A stretch of DNA of 64,000 nucleotides from Candidatus Bathyarchaeota archaeon (GTDB lineage Archaea > Thermoproteota > Bathyarchaeia > 40CM-2-53-6): positions 32,001 through 96,000 of the forward strand of contig CAVTBR010000003.1 in assembly GCA_963733055.1 (NCBI GenBank). The letters are read 5' to 3'. Below, piece after piece: positions 1 through 8,625 of the stretch. Made by a program: the position numbers and the translations under genes. The notes beneath the pieces were generated by a model that had not been told where the DNA came from, ran no database searches, and worked only from the letters and a program-made list of their open reading frames with translations. The number at the start of each line of letters is the position of its first letter. Within the stretch, counting starts at the first letter, position 1.

Positions 1-499
1 CTTGGCCGATTGTTGGTTCGTCCATTATCACATGCTTTGGATCCCAAACCAAGATCGCTGCTAGCGCAACACGTTTCCGTTCTCCGCCGCTCAATACGAA
101 TGGCGAAGATTTCTCGTAGCGGTCTAAATCCAAGGTATTTAGGATGGAGGTTACGCGTCTCTCAATAACGTCCTCGCTGAAGCCGAAGTTTCTGAGGGAA
201 AACGCTAACTCTTGGGCGACCGTTTCGGCGAATAGTTGGTTGTCGGGGTTCTGGAAGATTAGGCCGACGTCTCGTGAAAGTTGAGCTACAGATTTCTTGC
301 GGGTGTCTATCCCGTCGACCGTTATGGTTCCAGTATCTGGCTTGAGCAGGCCGTTGAACATTTTTACTAGCGTTGTTTTTCCTGCTCCGTTCTCGCCCAT
401 TATAGCGACGAACTCGCCATCTCGGATTTCGAGGTTTGCTCCTTGCAGAACCTCGGGTCCGTCTGGATAGTGGAAGGTGACGTTTTGGATGGAGATCAT
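1..499 (-). CDS. ECF transporter ATPase (EcfA2/CbiO-like), 3' part outside window
   Basis: Read manually from ATG at 499: MISIQNVTFHYPDG...GENGAGKTT (Walker A), FQNPDNQLF Q-loop, LSGGE signature. ATGA overlap with upstream ATPase. Confidence 0.9.
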   Translation of the reverse strand, partial: MISIQNVTFHYPDGPEVLQGANLEIRDGEFVAIMGENGAGKTTLVKMFNGLLKPDTGTITVDGIDTRKKSVAQLSRDVGLIFQNPDNQLFAETVAQELAFSLRNFGFSEDVIERRVTSILNTLDLDRYEKSSPFVLSGGERKRVALAAILVWDPKHVIMDEPTIGQ

Positions 500-1335
500 T
501 TGGTTAAGAGCCTTCTAAGTTCGTCAGAGGCTTGGTCTACCGTGATTGGATTGGTTAGATTGAATCCTTCCGTGCGTAGGAGATGGAATAACATCGTAAC
601 TCTTGGAAGTCCAACTCCGATCAGTCTTGCTCGCTCATTGTACACCTCGCTCGGCGCTCCATCCAACGCAACTTTGCCATCGTCCATGACGATTACTCGG
701 TTGGCATATCGTGAAACAATATCCAACCGGTGTTCGACAAGTAGTGTCGTCAATCCGATCTCTTTGCTCAGTTTTGCTATTGCGGCGACTATCTCTTCCG
801 CGGATTTCGGGTCCAGGAAGGAGGTAGGTTCATCAAGAACTAATATGCTGGGACGCATCGCAAGAATCCCCGCGATAGCCGCACGTTGCTGTTGTCCTCC
901 TGACAGCTCGTAAGGCGCTTTGCCACGCAGGTCATAGATTCCTGTAGCGCGCATGGCCCATTCAACCCGCTCTATTGCCTCCTCTCTGGGAACGCCCATG
1001 TTCTCCAGCCCGAACCCCACGTCTCTCTCAACCGATAACGAGAAGAGTTGGTTCTCGGGGTTTTGAAAGACAAAGCCTACGTGTGATGCTAGTTCCGCTG
1101 TTGTCTTCCCGTTTACGTTAACCCCGTCAACTTCTAAATTCCCTGTAAGGTCGCCGGAGTAGAAGTTTGGAATGAGCCCGTTGAGGCATCTGCACAGTGT
1201 GGTTTTCCCGCAACCACTCGGTCCAGTTAGGATTACGAACTCGCCTTTCTCTATAGAAACCGAAACGTTCTCCATCGACGGCTTCTCAGCGCCGGCGTAC
1301 TTGAACGAGAGATTCCGCGCTGAGATTGCAGCCAC
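496..1335 (-). CDS. ECF transporter ATPase (EcfA1/CbiO-like)
   Basis: GPSGCGKT, FQNPENQLF, LSGGQQQR, LDEPT, EH switch. Confidence 0.92.
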   Translation of the reverse strand: MAAISARNLSFKYAGAEKPSMENVSVSIEKGEFVILTGPSGCGKTTLCRCLNGLIPNFYSGDLTGNLEVDGVNVNGKTTAELASHVGFVFQNPENQLFSLSVERDVGFGLENMGVPREEAIERVEWAMRATGIYDLRGKAPYELSGGQQQRAAIAGILAMRPSILVLDEPTSFLDPKSAEEIVAAIAKLSKEIGLTTLLVEHRLDIVSRYANRVIVMDDGKVALDGAPSEVYNERARLIGVGLPRVTMLFHLLRTEGFNLTNPITVDQASDELRRLLTK

Positions 1336-1362
1336 CGTACATGCCCCTGCGGGTCTTTACTC

Positions 1363-2421
1363 TCATTCTTGGGTAATTACTCCAGTCTGAGATGGAGCCT
1401 GCGCATTACCCGAAGGCATAGTATTAGCCTTTGTTTGAGGGACCAAGTAATCTCTGATTAGAGACAAAACGAGTTTGAACGCTTGATTAACGTCACCGGT
1501 TACATTCGCTCCAGCGGCAGTTGCATGCCCACCCCCCATTCCGTCCATCCTTACTCCAAGCGGATTCGCCAAATCTCTTCCAACGTGAAGTCCCGTCTCT
1601 GATGCGAATTCGCGGGTCGAACGGAAACTGACGGTCAATTCATCATTTCTCTTGCCTGCCACTATTGCTAGGTGAGCGCCCAAAGCGATGAGGGCTCGCG
1701 CCGCAGATGCATGGTAGGATCCTATTTCTGAAAGTGCAATCACCCACTTGCCCACGCGCTCCATTCTCAATCGCTGCGCAGACTTCAACCGAGCAATTCG
1801 TTCTGATTCGTCCATCGAAGAACGGGTAACTGCTAATGCTGCTTCGGGGTCAGCGCCGGCTCTGATCAGGGAGCATGCTGAGTCGAAGGTTCGGCGCGTA
1901 GCGATTGCCATGTGGCCGGTCTCGACAATCAATCCGATGAAGAGTGCTTGGCTGGCGATTCGGCTTGGAGTTAGGTGAAGTTTCGCGTGCATGTCGAGAA
2001 TCATTTCACAAGTCGATGTAGCCTTATCGTCACAAATCACGAATGTTGCTGTCTTTGCGTTTTCCGGATGGGGCGCGTGGTGGTCGATCATAACCAAAGG
2101 CTTTCTGGACTCGAGAACTGGGCCCTTCAGGTTGCCAAGCTGCTGCAGTGTGTTAGTGTCCACGGTCACGATCAGATCCGCCCTCGACGGATCCGGATTC
2201 TCCACGACTTCTAACGCAACTGTTTTGAGAACTTGCTTCGATAGTTTACTCACTCCGTCCGGGGAAGCGAAGCTTAGCTTAAGTTTTCTGTTAATCCGCT
2301 TGGCGAGAAGGGTGAACGCGTAAGCGGAACAAACGGCGTCTGGATCGGCGTTTTGGTGCCCGAGAACTAGTACCGAATCAACGCTGTTGAGTAGCTTGAC
2401 TAGGCGGGCGTATCTAGGCAT
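1363..2421 (-). CDS. DHH/DHHA1 family phosphoesterase
   Basis: HQNADPDA, VDT, IDHH and GGGH motifs; usual neighbour of prefoldin beta and DUF3194. Confidence 0.88.
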   Translation of the reverse strand: MPRYARLVKLLNSVDSVLVLGHQNADPDAVCSAYAFTLLAKRINRKLKLSFASPDGVSKLSKQVLKTVALEVVENPDPSRADLIVTVDTNTLQQLGNLKGPVLESRKPLVMIDHHAPHPENAKTATFVICDDKATSTCEMILDMHAKLHLTPSRIASQALFIGLIVETGHMAIATRRTFDSACSLIRAGADPEAALAVTRSSMDESERIARLKSAQRLRMERVGKWVIALSEIGSYHASAARALIALGAHLAIVAGKRNDELTVSFRSTREFASETGLHVGRDLANPLGVRMDGMGGGHATAAGANVTGDVNQAFKLVLSLIRDYLVPQTKANTMPSGNAQAPSQTGVITQE

Positions 2422-2708
2422 AGTTTGAGCTCCCTTGCCTTGGCTTCCGCGGCGGAGAACGCCAAATCAGTAGCCTCATCGACCAGAGGATCGACGTCCT
2501 CGTTTCCGCTTGCCAACTCGATTCCAACGTCGACAGAGAGGACTAGAGGCTTGCTACCAACCGCTTCGACCATAACATCAAGGTCACTAAGGCGCTTGAG
2601 TGGTATCTTGGACATTAGGTGTCTTCGCGCCGCGTCCTCGGCTGCGAGGCACATTTGTTCAATTTCATCATCGGTTGGTGCTCGCATTAGTTCGATAGTC
2701 ATTTTCAA
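2400..2708 (-). CDS. DUF3194-like small acidic protein
   Basis: Size, composition and position between pfdB and the DHH gene, as in the conserved archaeal cluster. Confidence 0.65.
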   Translation of the reverse strand: MKMTIELMRAPTDDEIEQMCLAAEDAARRHLMSKIPLKRLSDLDVMVEAVGSKPLVLSVDVGIELASGNEDVDPLVDEATDLAFSAAEAKARELKLCLDTPA

Positions 2709-2750
2709 TCCCTAGGTTGCCGAAGTGGTGTCTAACCACTGGATGGGTTT

Positions 2751-3119
2751 TTACTGTTGGGTGGGCGTTCTTGATCCAAGTCGTTCTTGTAGTTTTTCTT
2801 GAACTTCCTTCAGACGTTCTTTGGTTCTATCTTCCTGCTTGCCCAATACCGTAACTCGTGTTGTAAGCAGTTCCTTCCGCTCTTTCAACTCTGTCAGCAG
2901 GGTCTGTCTATTGGACTTGACAAGTATGCTGCCGACGCTCTTGTAAACGGGTGTCTCGTCAGTTGACTTTTCAAGCTCAGCCAACGCCTTCTCCGTTTCG
3001 TTGAGCTCAAGCTCCAATTGCTGTTTCTGGGATGAAACGGACTGCATGGTTTGCTGCAGCTGCTGTAACCTAACCAGTTGTTCTTGGACTTGTGGTGGCA
3101 GCTCAACTTCTTCGCCCAA
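2751..3119 (-). CDS. pfdB: Prefoldin beta subunit
   Basis: ELPPQVQEQL...QLQQ, VYKSVGSILVK hairpin, coiled coils; TTG start. Confidence 0.95.
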   Translation of the reverse strand: MGEEVELPPQVQEQLVRLQQLQQTMQSVSSQKQQLELELNETEKALAELEKSTDETPVYKSVGSILVKSNRQTLLTELKERKELLTTRVTVLGKQEDRTKERLKEVQEKLQERLGSRTPTQQ

Positions 3120-3273
3120 GACAAATCCCTTCAGAATTCCAGAATCCGCGTACCCATAGACGGCGACCTATTAAGCATTTCAGACCTCGACCGCAACTTA
3201 CCTCTCAACTTGACACTTTCTTTCAACTCTCTAACCTAAATCCAAAACATACCGAGCTGTTAGAAGACTCAGG

Positions 3274-3594
3274 ATGATTACTAACAGCGGCAAACACATT
3301 CAAATTTCCGAAAGGCGCTACTGCAAGAAATGCAAAACCATCAGCGAACAAATCTGTCATAAAGTCAGATACGAAGACAACCCCGAACAAGAAGAAACGC
3401 TACTCAAGAAAAGCTACTGGATATGCTCAACCTGCGTAACGGAAAGCGAGGAACTCAAGGTTCAACCGATTCCCGGCGACAAAGTAAGAATCATGAATCG
3501 GCTGCTCAGAATGCAAGACGACTACGCAATTACGTCAATGAAGATCGCATCGCAATCAGACAGACTTGTGATTGAAATAGCGGTCAAGAATTAG
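3274..3594 (+). CDS. Hypothetical Zn-ribbon protein
   Basis: CKKC...CSTC pair; 106-aa ORF directly upstream of the TGT-like gene. Confidence 0.6.
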   Translation: MITNSGKHIQISERRYCKKCKTISEQICHKVRYEDNPEQEETLLKKSYWICSTCVTESEELKVQPIPGDKVRIMNRLLRMQDDYAITSMKIASQSDRLVIEIAVKN

Positions 3595-3667
3595 CCACTT
3601 ACTTGACCTATCTGAGTTTTAATCTAAGATCCGTTGTGAATTAGCCCAGCCTGTATGGTGGCCACTC

Positions 3668-4777
3668 ATGCCAGACCTTCTCAAAAAGAATATAGAGAAT
3701 GACGAGGAAACGGGGACGACAAGCGGGCTCCTAACCTATGCGAATGCTAAGGTAGGCCTTCCCAACAAGTTCGCCACAACAACCGAACTGAATGCAACAA
3801 AGCTAGTAGGTCTAAAACAGGAATTTCCAACCGAGATTATTGTCGCGGGCAAACTGATCTACCCTGAAACCTTGAAGCGGATTCTGAAAGAAGAAGAGTT
3901 TCTCAAGGAGTTCTCAAGGCGGCTGGCCCGCGAGACGAGCGTTCACGAAGATGCGCTCGGCATGCTGTTTCTAGTCCTGAAGGGAGAAGCGGCTCTTACC
4001 GAGTCAGCGGATTTGCGAACCGTGCTCGACCTCCAATACTTTGCCGACATGGATGTTATCACCGTGCAACAGAGCCCGGGGGTTTCTCCAGCCGACTTCC
4101 TGCGGCTGTACAAATTCGCTGAAAGATGGGTGAAAAACCGGGGGCTGGACAAACCATTGATGCCCGTGCTCTCTCCCGCGGCTACATCGGATGATTTCGA
4201 GAAGAGTCTGAAACCGTTGCTAAAAGGAGGGGTGAAGGCCCTTGGCTTCGACATGCGGGGTGGGTTTTATTATCAGGCGCTTCGTTCGCTAGAGGAAGCG
4301 AAGAAGAAGGATCCTGAGCTGTGGGTTCACGCCTTCCAGATTCCCCCTAAGATTCGATTCGCCAGAGCATATACCCGATGCTCCGAAGGAATGATGCTTC
4401 CTTTCTTTGGGGTTGACAGTTTTAACAGATGGGTTGTTCCGCCACCGCCCGTCCCACTTACCAAAGATAAGATCAACATGTTTGATTCCACGAACTGGGG
4501 TGTCTTCAAACGGAAGGAATGGACCAAGGAATACGGCGCACGGTTGAGTTGCACGTGCCCAATGTGCAACAAGCAGCGGCTACCAACATTCTTTCTCGGG
4601 CAGGTTCTGACCGTTTTGGGGCGGAGCAAGGTTCATGATCATTACGCGCAACGAGAACAGCTGTTGGCGTTGGCGGGGCACGTGAAGCGTGGGAATGTGA
4701 AGGGCTTCGTTTCTAGGAAAAAGTACCCGAACGATTTTCTCAAACAGGCTTCGGGCACGGAACCGGCGGCTGACTAA
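3668..4777 (+). CDS. Divergent tRNA-guanine transglycosylase (TGT)-fold protein
   Basis: TGT-like N-terminus, WVHAF, GVDSFN (cf. GVDxFD), Zn site CTCPMC...H; no DSGG motif. Confidence 0.6.
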   Translation: MPDLLKKNIENDEETGTTSGLLTYANAKVGLPNKFATTTELNATKLVGLKQEFPTEIIVAGKLIYPETLKRILKEEEFLKEFSRRLARETSVHEDALGMLFLVLKGEAALTESADLRTVLDLQYFADMDVITVQQSPGVSPADFLRLYKFAERWVKNRGLDKPLMPVLSPAATSDDFEKSLKPLLKGGVKALGFDMRGGFYYQALRSLEEAKKKDPELWVHAFQIPPKIRFARAYTRCSEGMMLPFFGVDSFNRWVVPPPPVPLTKDKINMFDSTNWGVFKRKEWTKEYGARLSCTCPMCNKQRLPTFFLGQVLTVLGRSKVHDHYAQREQLLALAGHVKRGNVKGFVSRKKYPNDFLKQASGTEPAAD

Positions 4778-5346
4778 ACTTTACCCTCAGTCATCTTCGT
4801 CATCAAGGCGGGAAGGTTCACTTCTGACTTGGTTCTCCAACCCAGAGCCATAACCCCCGCATCGTCTTCATCTAGGTAACCAGTCCTGAGAAAAATGTCT
4901 ACCAATGTCGCCGCCTTCCAACGCCCATACTTCAACGCGATCACTTTCTCAACGTCGTCCCGTGGTGCCTTGCCTTGCTTTGCGACGAGGTATGCGATCG
5001 CGCCGCTAAGCGCTGCTAGATTATCGATGCGCCACCCAATCATCTTGGCTTCTTTCAAACCAAGCGACCCCTTCAGTGCCACGTGGTACCGAGCCTCGTC
5101 CATTGCAACAGGTGTACCCTCTTCTGTCATCTGTCCGCTGGACGGTTCTGTCACTTTCTTGACCTCCAAATCAAGTTCCGATAACATTTGGTTGAGCTGT
5201 TCAAGTACCTGCTCGTAGTTCTTGCCGACTTTTTCTTTCAGCTCCCATTCTCTCGCGCCCGGCATCTTTCCGCGGCGGAAAACTAGAAGGTGAATGGCTC
5301 GTTTCAGTTTGTCCGAATAGAAGCTCTTTGTTTCCGTTTTCTCCAT
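4774..5346 (-). CDS. KITE protein (tandem winged helix; Nse3/MAGE- or Nse1-like) of SMC complex
   Basis: Two wHTH-sized halves; FLRTGYL...LGWRTKSE resembles the MAGE/Nse1 C-terminal wing (F..Q.YL...WGPRA..E); operonic with kleisin and SMC. Confidence 0.7.
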   Translation of the reverse strand: MEKTETKSFYSDKLKRAIHLLVFRRGKMPGAREWELKEKVGKNYEQVLEQLNQMLSELDLEVKKVTEPSSGQMTEEGTPVAMDEARYHVALKGSLGLKEAKMIGWRIDNLAALSGAIAYLVAKQGKAPRDDVEKVIALKYGRWKAATLVDIFLRTGYLDEDDAGVMALGWRTKSEVNLPALMTKMTEGKV

Positions 5347-5350
5347 GAAG

Positions 5351-6151
5351 CTATGCCTCCTTGGGGATGGGTATGGGGAAACTGGTGCCGCCTTCCAGTG
5401 GTTTCTCTGAGGGCGTTTCCTTGGGTATCAACGTGATCTGCTCTCCTTCAAGTAGTAACTGCGCGTAGCCGTATGTGACTAGGAAACTTACCAGGTATGC
5501 TCGTTTCACTGTCTCTTGGTGGTTTGGGCCTTTGACAAACCGCCAGTAGTCGACCGGTTTCGGTTCGGCGGTGTATATTTGGCGCAACTCATTCCATAAC
5601 CCAGTCAATTGTTTTCCGATTTCTTCTCCGTGAATTCCAAGGCCGGTCAGAGTCTCGGAATCCGCTCTCCCTGGGTTCTTACCCCGCTGGTAGGCTCGTC
5701 GTTTCCACCTCTCTTGGATTGGCAAGAGGAGGTTCCAGTAGTCAAGGCCGGCGGAGACCGTTTCGTTCGTTAGTTGTTCCAATTCGGCGATTGGATGCCA
5801 ACTCTGTAGGAATACTTCGGCAAGTCGCTTTTCGCTCATTCTTTGGAACTTCTTTGCCACAAACTCCGGTTCCGCGTAGAGGGCGCTCGATTGAAACTTT
5901 AGCTGGGTATTTTGCAGCCTTACGACTTCCGAGAGCCGATTCAGGGCGTGGGCATCGAGGCAGTGGTCTTCAAACCCCTCCCAATGAGGGAAGTATTCGC
6001 GCAGGGTTTCAACGCCAAGCTTGACATCTAGGAAGAACGGGTTGAATTTCCTTCGCTCGATGGCATCACAGGTTTGGATGACCTCTTTCAACTCTCTTCT
6101 CCCCGACGCCAATACTTGACGCCCGCCCTTTGCTTTCGGCTTCTCTGTCAA
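5351..6151 (-). CDS. Kleisin-like subunit (ScpA/Nse4-like)
   Basis: ScpA-like N-terminal helical region (NPFFLDV...LSEVVRLQ) and C-terminal wHTH (VDYWRFV...ETVKRAYLVSFLVTYGYAQL); 2 nt after SMC stop. Confidence 0.68.
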   Translation of the reverse strand: MTEKPKAKGGRQVLASGRRELKEVIQTCDAIERRKFNPFFLDVKLGVETLREYFPHWEGFEDHCLDAHALNRLSEVVRLQNTQLKFQSSALYAEPEFVAKKFQRMSEKRLAEVFLQSWHPIAELEQLTNETVSAGLDYWNLLLPIQERWKRRAYQRGKNPGRADSETLTGLGIHGEEIGKQLTGLWNELRQIYTAEPKPVDYWRFVKGPNHQETVKRAYLVSFLVTYGYAQLLLEGEQITLIPKETPSEKPLEGGTSFPIPIPKEA

Positions 6152-6153
6152 AT

Positions 6154-8076
6154 CTACTTCAACTCGCTAACTACGGACGAACCACCTACGTTTTGCACCA
6201 CAATCACGTGGCTCTTGTCGGTCACGTTCACTTGACCGGGAGTAATCGCCACGTACTGGCCGTCGACCATGGCCGCCGCATTCGTCATAATGAGTTGTGT
6301 AACGGATTCACGGTTCTTCGGGTCCATGTGAACATCAAACTCGTCGATCGCCCTAAAGGGGGACGTTATGTGCTGCTGCATTGCGAGTAGGAACGCCATC
6401 ATCGCAATGCTCCGTTCCCCCCCGCTCTGGGTAAACGCGTCAAGGGCGGTCGGTTTGTTTCCCTTGTACCCAACCAATATCTCTAGGCCGCACTTTTCGA
6501 TATCGCGTGAGGAAATGAGTCGAATGGAGCCGGTGGCACTCACTGTGCGAAGAATCTCAGAGTACCGACCAGTCAACTCTTCCAAGAAGTTTGCTAGTAC
6601 CTCACGCCATCTTGACAACCGTTTATCGAGTTCAGAAAGAACCTCCTGTCGGCTAACTGCCACCTGATCAGCTTTGAGTTTCAAGTCTTCGTAGACCTTT
6701 GCATATGAGGAGTACATACGCTCGACGTCTTCAGACAACGCCGCCAGGGGTTTCATCTGTTCCTCCACTGCGCCGATTTCGATCATGATGTCGAAGATTT
6801 TTCTGGGGGGTCCTGCCTGCGCTCCTACTTTCTCGGCGGAGGCAATCATTGGGTCTAATTCTTCCTTGGCTAATCGAACCTGAGCTTGTAGGTCCGCCAC
6901 ATCTTCCGTCAATAGCTTCCGCTTGAACCCGGAGACTTCGTACTCGACGTTCGTATCAATTAGGCGGGTGAGAGCGTCTTCGAGGCGGCCGCTCGCGTCA
7001 ACGATCTTCTCGCCGAGGGCGGTGGACTTTTCCTTTTCTCTTTGGAGGCGCTTCTGAGACTCCTCTGCGGTTTCTTTCCAAGAAACCTTCAGTTTATCCA
7101 GGTCTTGTAGTGCTGACGGCGGGGTTGGTTCTGGTCCCGTTTCTGGAGAGTGGAAGTGGCTGAGTAGGTTGGTCGTCCACTCTATGTTGAGTTCTTGTGT
7201 CGTGATCTGCTTGGCAAGCTCGACGCGCTGGTCTTCTAACCCCATTCGCCCGAGGTTGAGCTCGTCATATTTTGCTTGGCGTTTCTTCTTAGAATCTGCC
7301 AGCTCCTGAATCTTGTTGTCGATGGACTGCAGAGCTCTTGTTTTCGAATCTATCCTCTCTTCAATATGTGCCAGAGAGTCTTTCTTCTTCTGTATTCTAC
7401 CCCAGAGCAACTCTTGCTTCAGCGCATTCAGCCTAGTCTCAAGCTGCCGCTTCTGCAGGTAGCGGTCGTATTCACGTTTCCAAAAGTCGTGTGTCTCTTT
7501 CGTCGATTCTAGGACTTGTACGAGTGATTGTTCTTCGCTCATTACATTTTCCAAGCGCTTTCTGGCGTCCTTTACCTCTTCGCGGTATGTTTGGAATCCC
7601 ACTGCTTCCTCTAGCATCTTCAATTTGTCTTGGGGGCTTACCGCGGCGAATCGGCCGACCATGAACTGGTGCATGATGACTAGGATGTTGTCTGGGTTTA
7701 GGCCTCTAGATTGGAGGACGTCGGTGACTGCGGATTTGGGTACGGGTTTGTTTTGGAGGAGGTAGTAGTAGGTGCCATTGGCTTTGATTACTCTAGTAAC
7801 CGTAACGAGATCTGTGTGGTAGTTTGGGAAAGGTCTCTTCTCGCCACTGTTGTCGAGAATTAAGGTGACTCTGGCTTCATCTGTTCCCCACTTTATGAGG
7901 TCGCTTAGTCGTTTCGACCTTTCCGTATATGCTTGTCCTAAGACTACTGAGATGGCGAGTAAGATGGATGATTTGCCGGCGCCGTTCGGTCCACAAATTA
8001 AGTTGAGTCCCGGTTCTAGTGGGACATAGGAATTTTCGTAGGACATGAAATTTGTTAGGACGACGCCTTTTATCAT
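6154..8076 (-). CDS. Short SMC-family ATPase, SMC5/6-like
   Basis: NFMSY, GPNGAGKSS, Q-loop MHQ, long coiled coils, QSGGERS, PFRAIDEFDVHMDPKNRE, ITP. Confidence 0.9.
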   Translation of the reverse strand: MIKGVVLTNFMSYENSYVPLEPGLNLICGPNGAGKSSILLAISVVLGQAYTERSKRLSDLIKWGTDEARVTLILDNSGEKRPFPNYHTDLVTVTRVIKANGTYYYLLQNKPVPKSAVTDVLQSRGLNPDNILVIMHQFMVGRFAAVSPQDKLKMLEEAVGFQTYREEVKDARKRLENVMSEEQSLVQVLESTKETHDFWKREYDRYLQKRQLETRLNALKQELLWGRIQKKKDSLAHIEERIDSKTRALQSIDNKIQELADSKKKRQAKYDELNLGRMGLEDQRVELAKQITTQELNIEWTTNLLSHFHSPETGPEPTPPSALQDLDKLKVSWKETAEESQKRLQREKEKSTALGEKIVDASGRLEDALTRLIDTNVEYEVSGFKRKLLTEDVADLQAQVRLAKEELDPMIASAEKVGAQAGPPRKIFDIMIEIGAVEEQMKPLAALSEDVERMYSSYAKVYEDLKLKADQVAVSRQEVLSELDKRLSRWREVLANFLEELTGRYSEILRTVSATGSIRLISSRDIEKCGLEILVGYKGNKPTALDAFTQSGGERSIAMMAFLLAMQQHITSPFRAIDEFDVHMDPKNRESVTQLIMTNAAAMVDGQYVAITPGQVNVTDKSHVIVVQNVGGSSVVSELK

Positions 8077-8257
8077 CGGATCTTAGCTACCGTTTGAAGT
8101 CTACGTCCCTTCGCCTCGTAAAAAACGTTCAGGGTTTCATGGTTCCGAAATTCATTTCTGGAATTGTCCGACCATTGGATGAGTCGATTGACATCTTCTT
8201 CGCCTTTCGTTGCTTGATCATTCGTGCTCGGTTCTGGCGGCGTTTTTCAAGAAAATT

Positions 8258-8271
8258 ATGACAAGTGTCAT
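8258..8271. promoter_or_regulatory. Palindrome in the divergent smc / gar1-tfb intergenic region
   Basis: ATGACA-AG-TGTCAT, perfect 6-bp arms; TTTAAATA TATA-like box near 8319 upstream of gar1. Confidence 0.3.
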
Positions 8272-8371
8272 GTCAACACTCGTTGCAAGAATTCTAGGCG
8301 AGGTTGAAGGTATGTACGTTTAAATATGCTGCGGGCTTGTCGGGGTCCACGGCGGGAGTGACGAAGGCAGT

Positions 8372-8602
8372 TTGCGGAGGCTCGGCAAAATTCTTCACTT
8401 ATCGAATAGCCGCAGCCTCATAGTAAAATGCGAGGAACCCGTCTTCGTGAAACTTGGAACCCGAACCTGCGATAGTAAACTTAAGGAAATTGGGAAAGTG
8501 CAAGACCTCTTCGGACCAGTGTCTGCTCCATACGTCTCCATCAGGCCCGCAAGTCCTTCGCCAGCAAAATTCGTCCACCGGATCGTTTACTCCCTCGATT
8601 AG
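8372..8602 (+). CDS. gar1: H/ACA RNP subunit Gar1
   Basis: MRRLGKILH...IGKVQDLFGPVSAPY; classic position upstream of tfb. Confidence 0.88.
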   Translation: MRRLGKILHLSNSRSLIVKCEEPVFVKLGTRTCDSKLKEIGKVQDLFGPVSAPYVSIRPASPSPAKFVHRIVYSLD

Positions 8603-8625
8603 TTCAGTTTAGAGTAGATGAGATA

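Noticed and set aside
3668-4777. Ordinary archaeosine TGT or a full Dpd island
   Set aside because: DSGG and the GVDxFD Asp are missing, there is no PUA domain, and no dpdB/C or preQ0 synthesis genes are in the window.
4774-8076. Wadjet/MksBEFG defence system or Rad50-Mre11
   Set aside because: No JetD/Toprim nuclease or Mre11 adjacent, no CxxC zinc hook, the SMC is far shorter than MksB, and the head motifs are SMC5/6-like.
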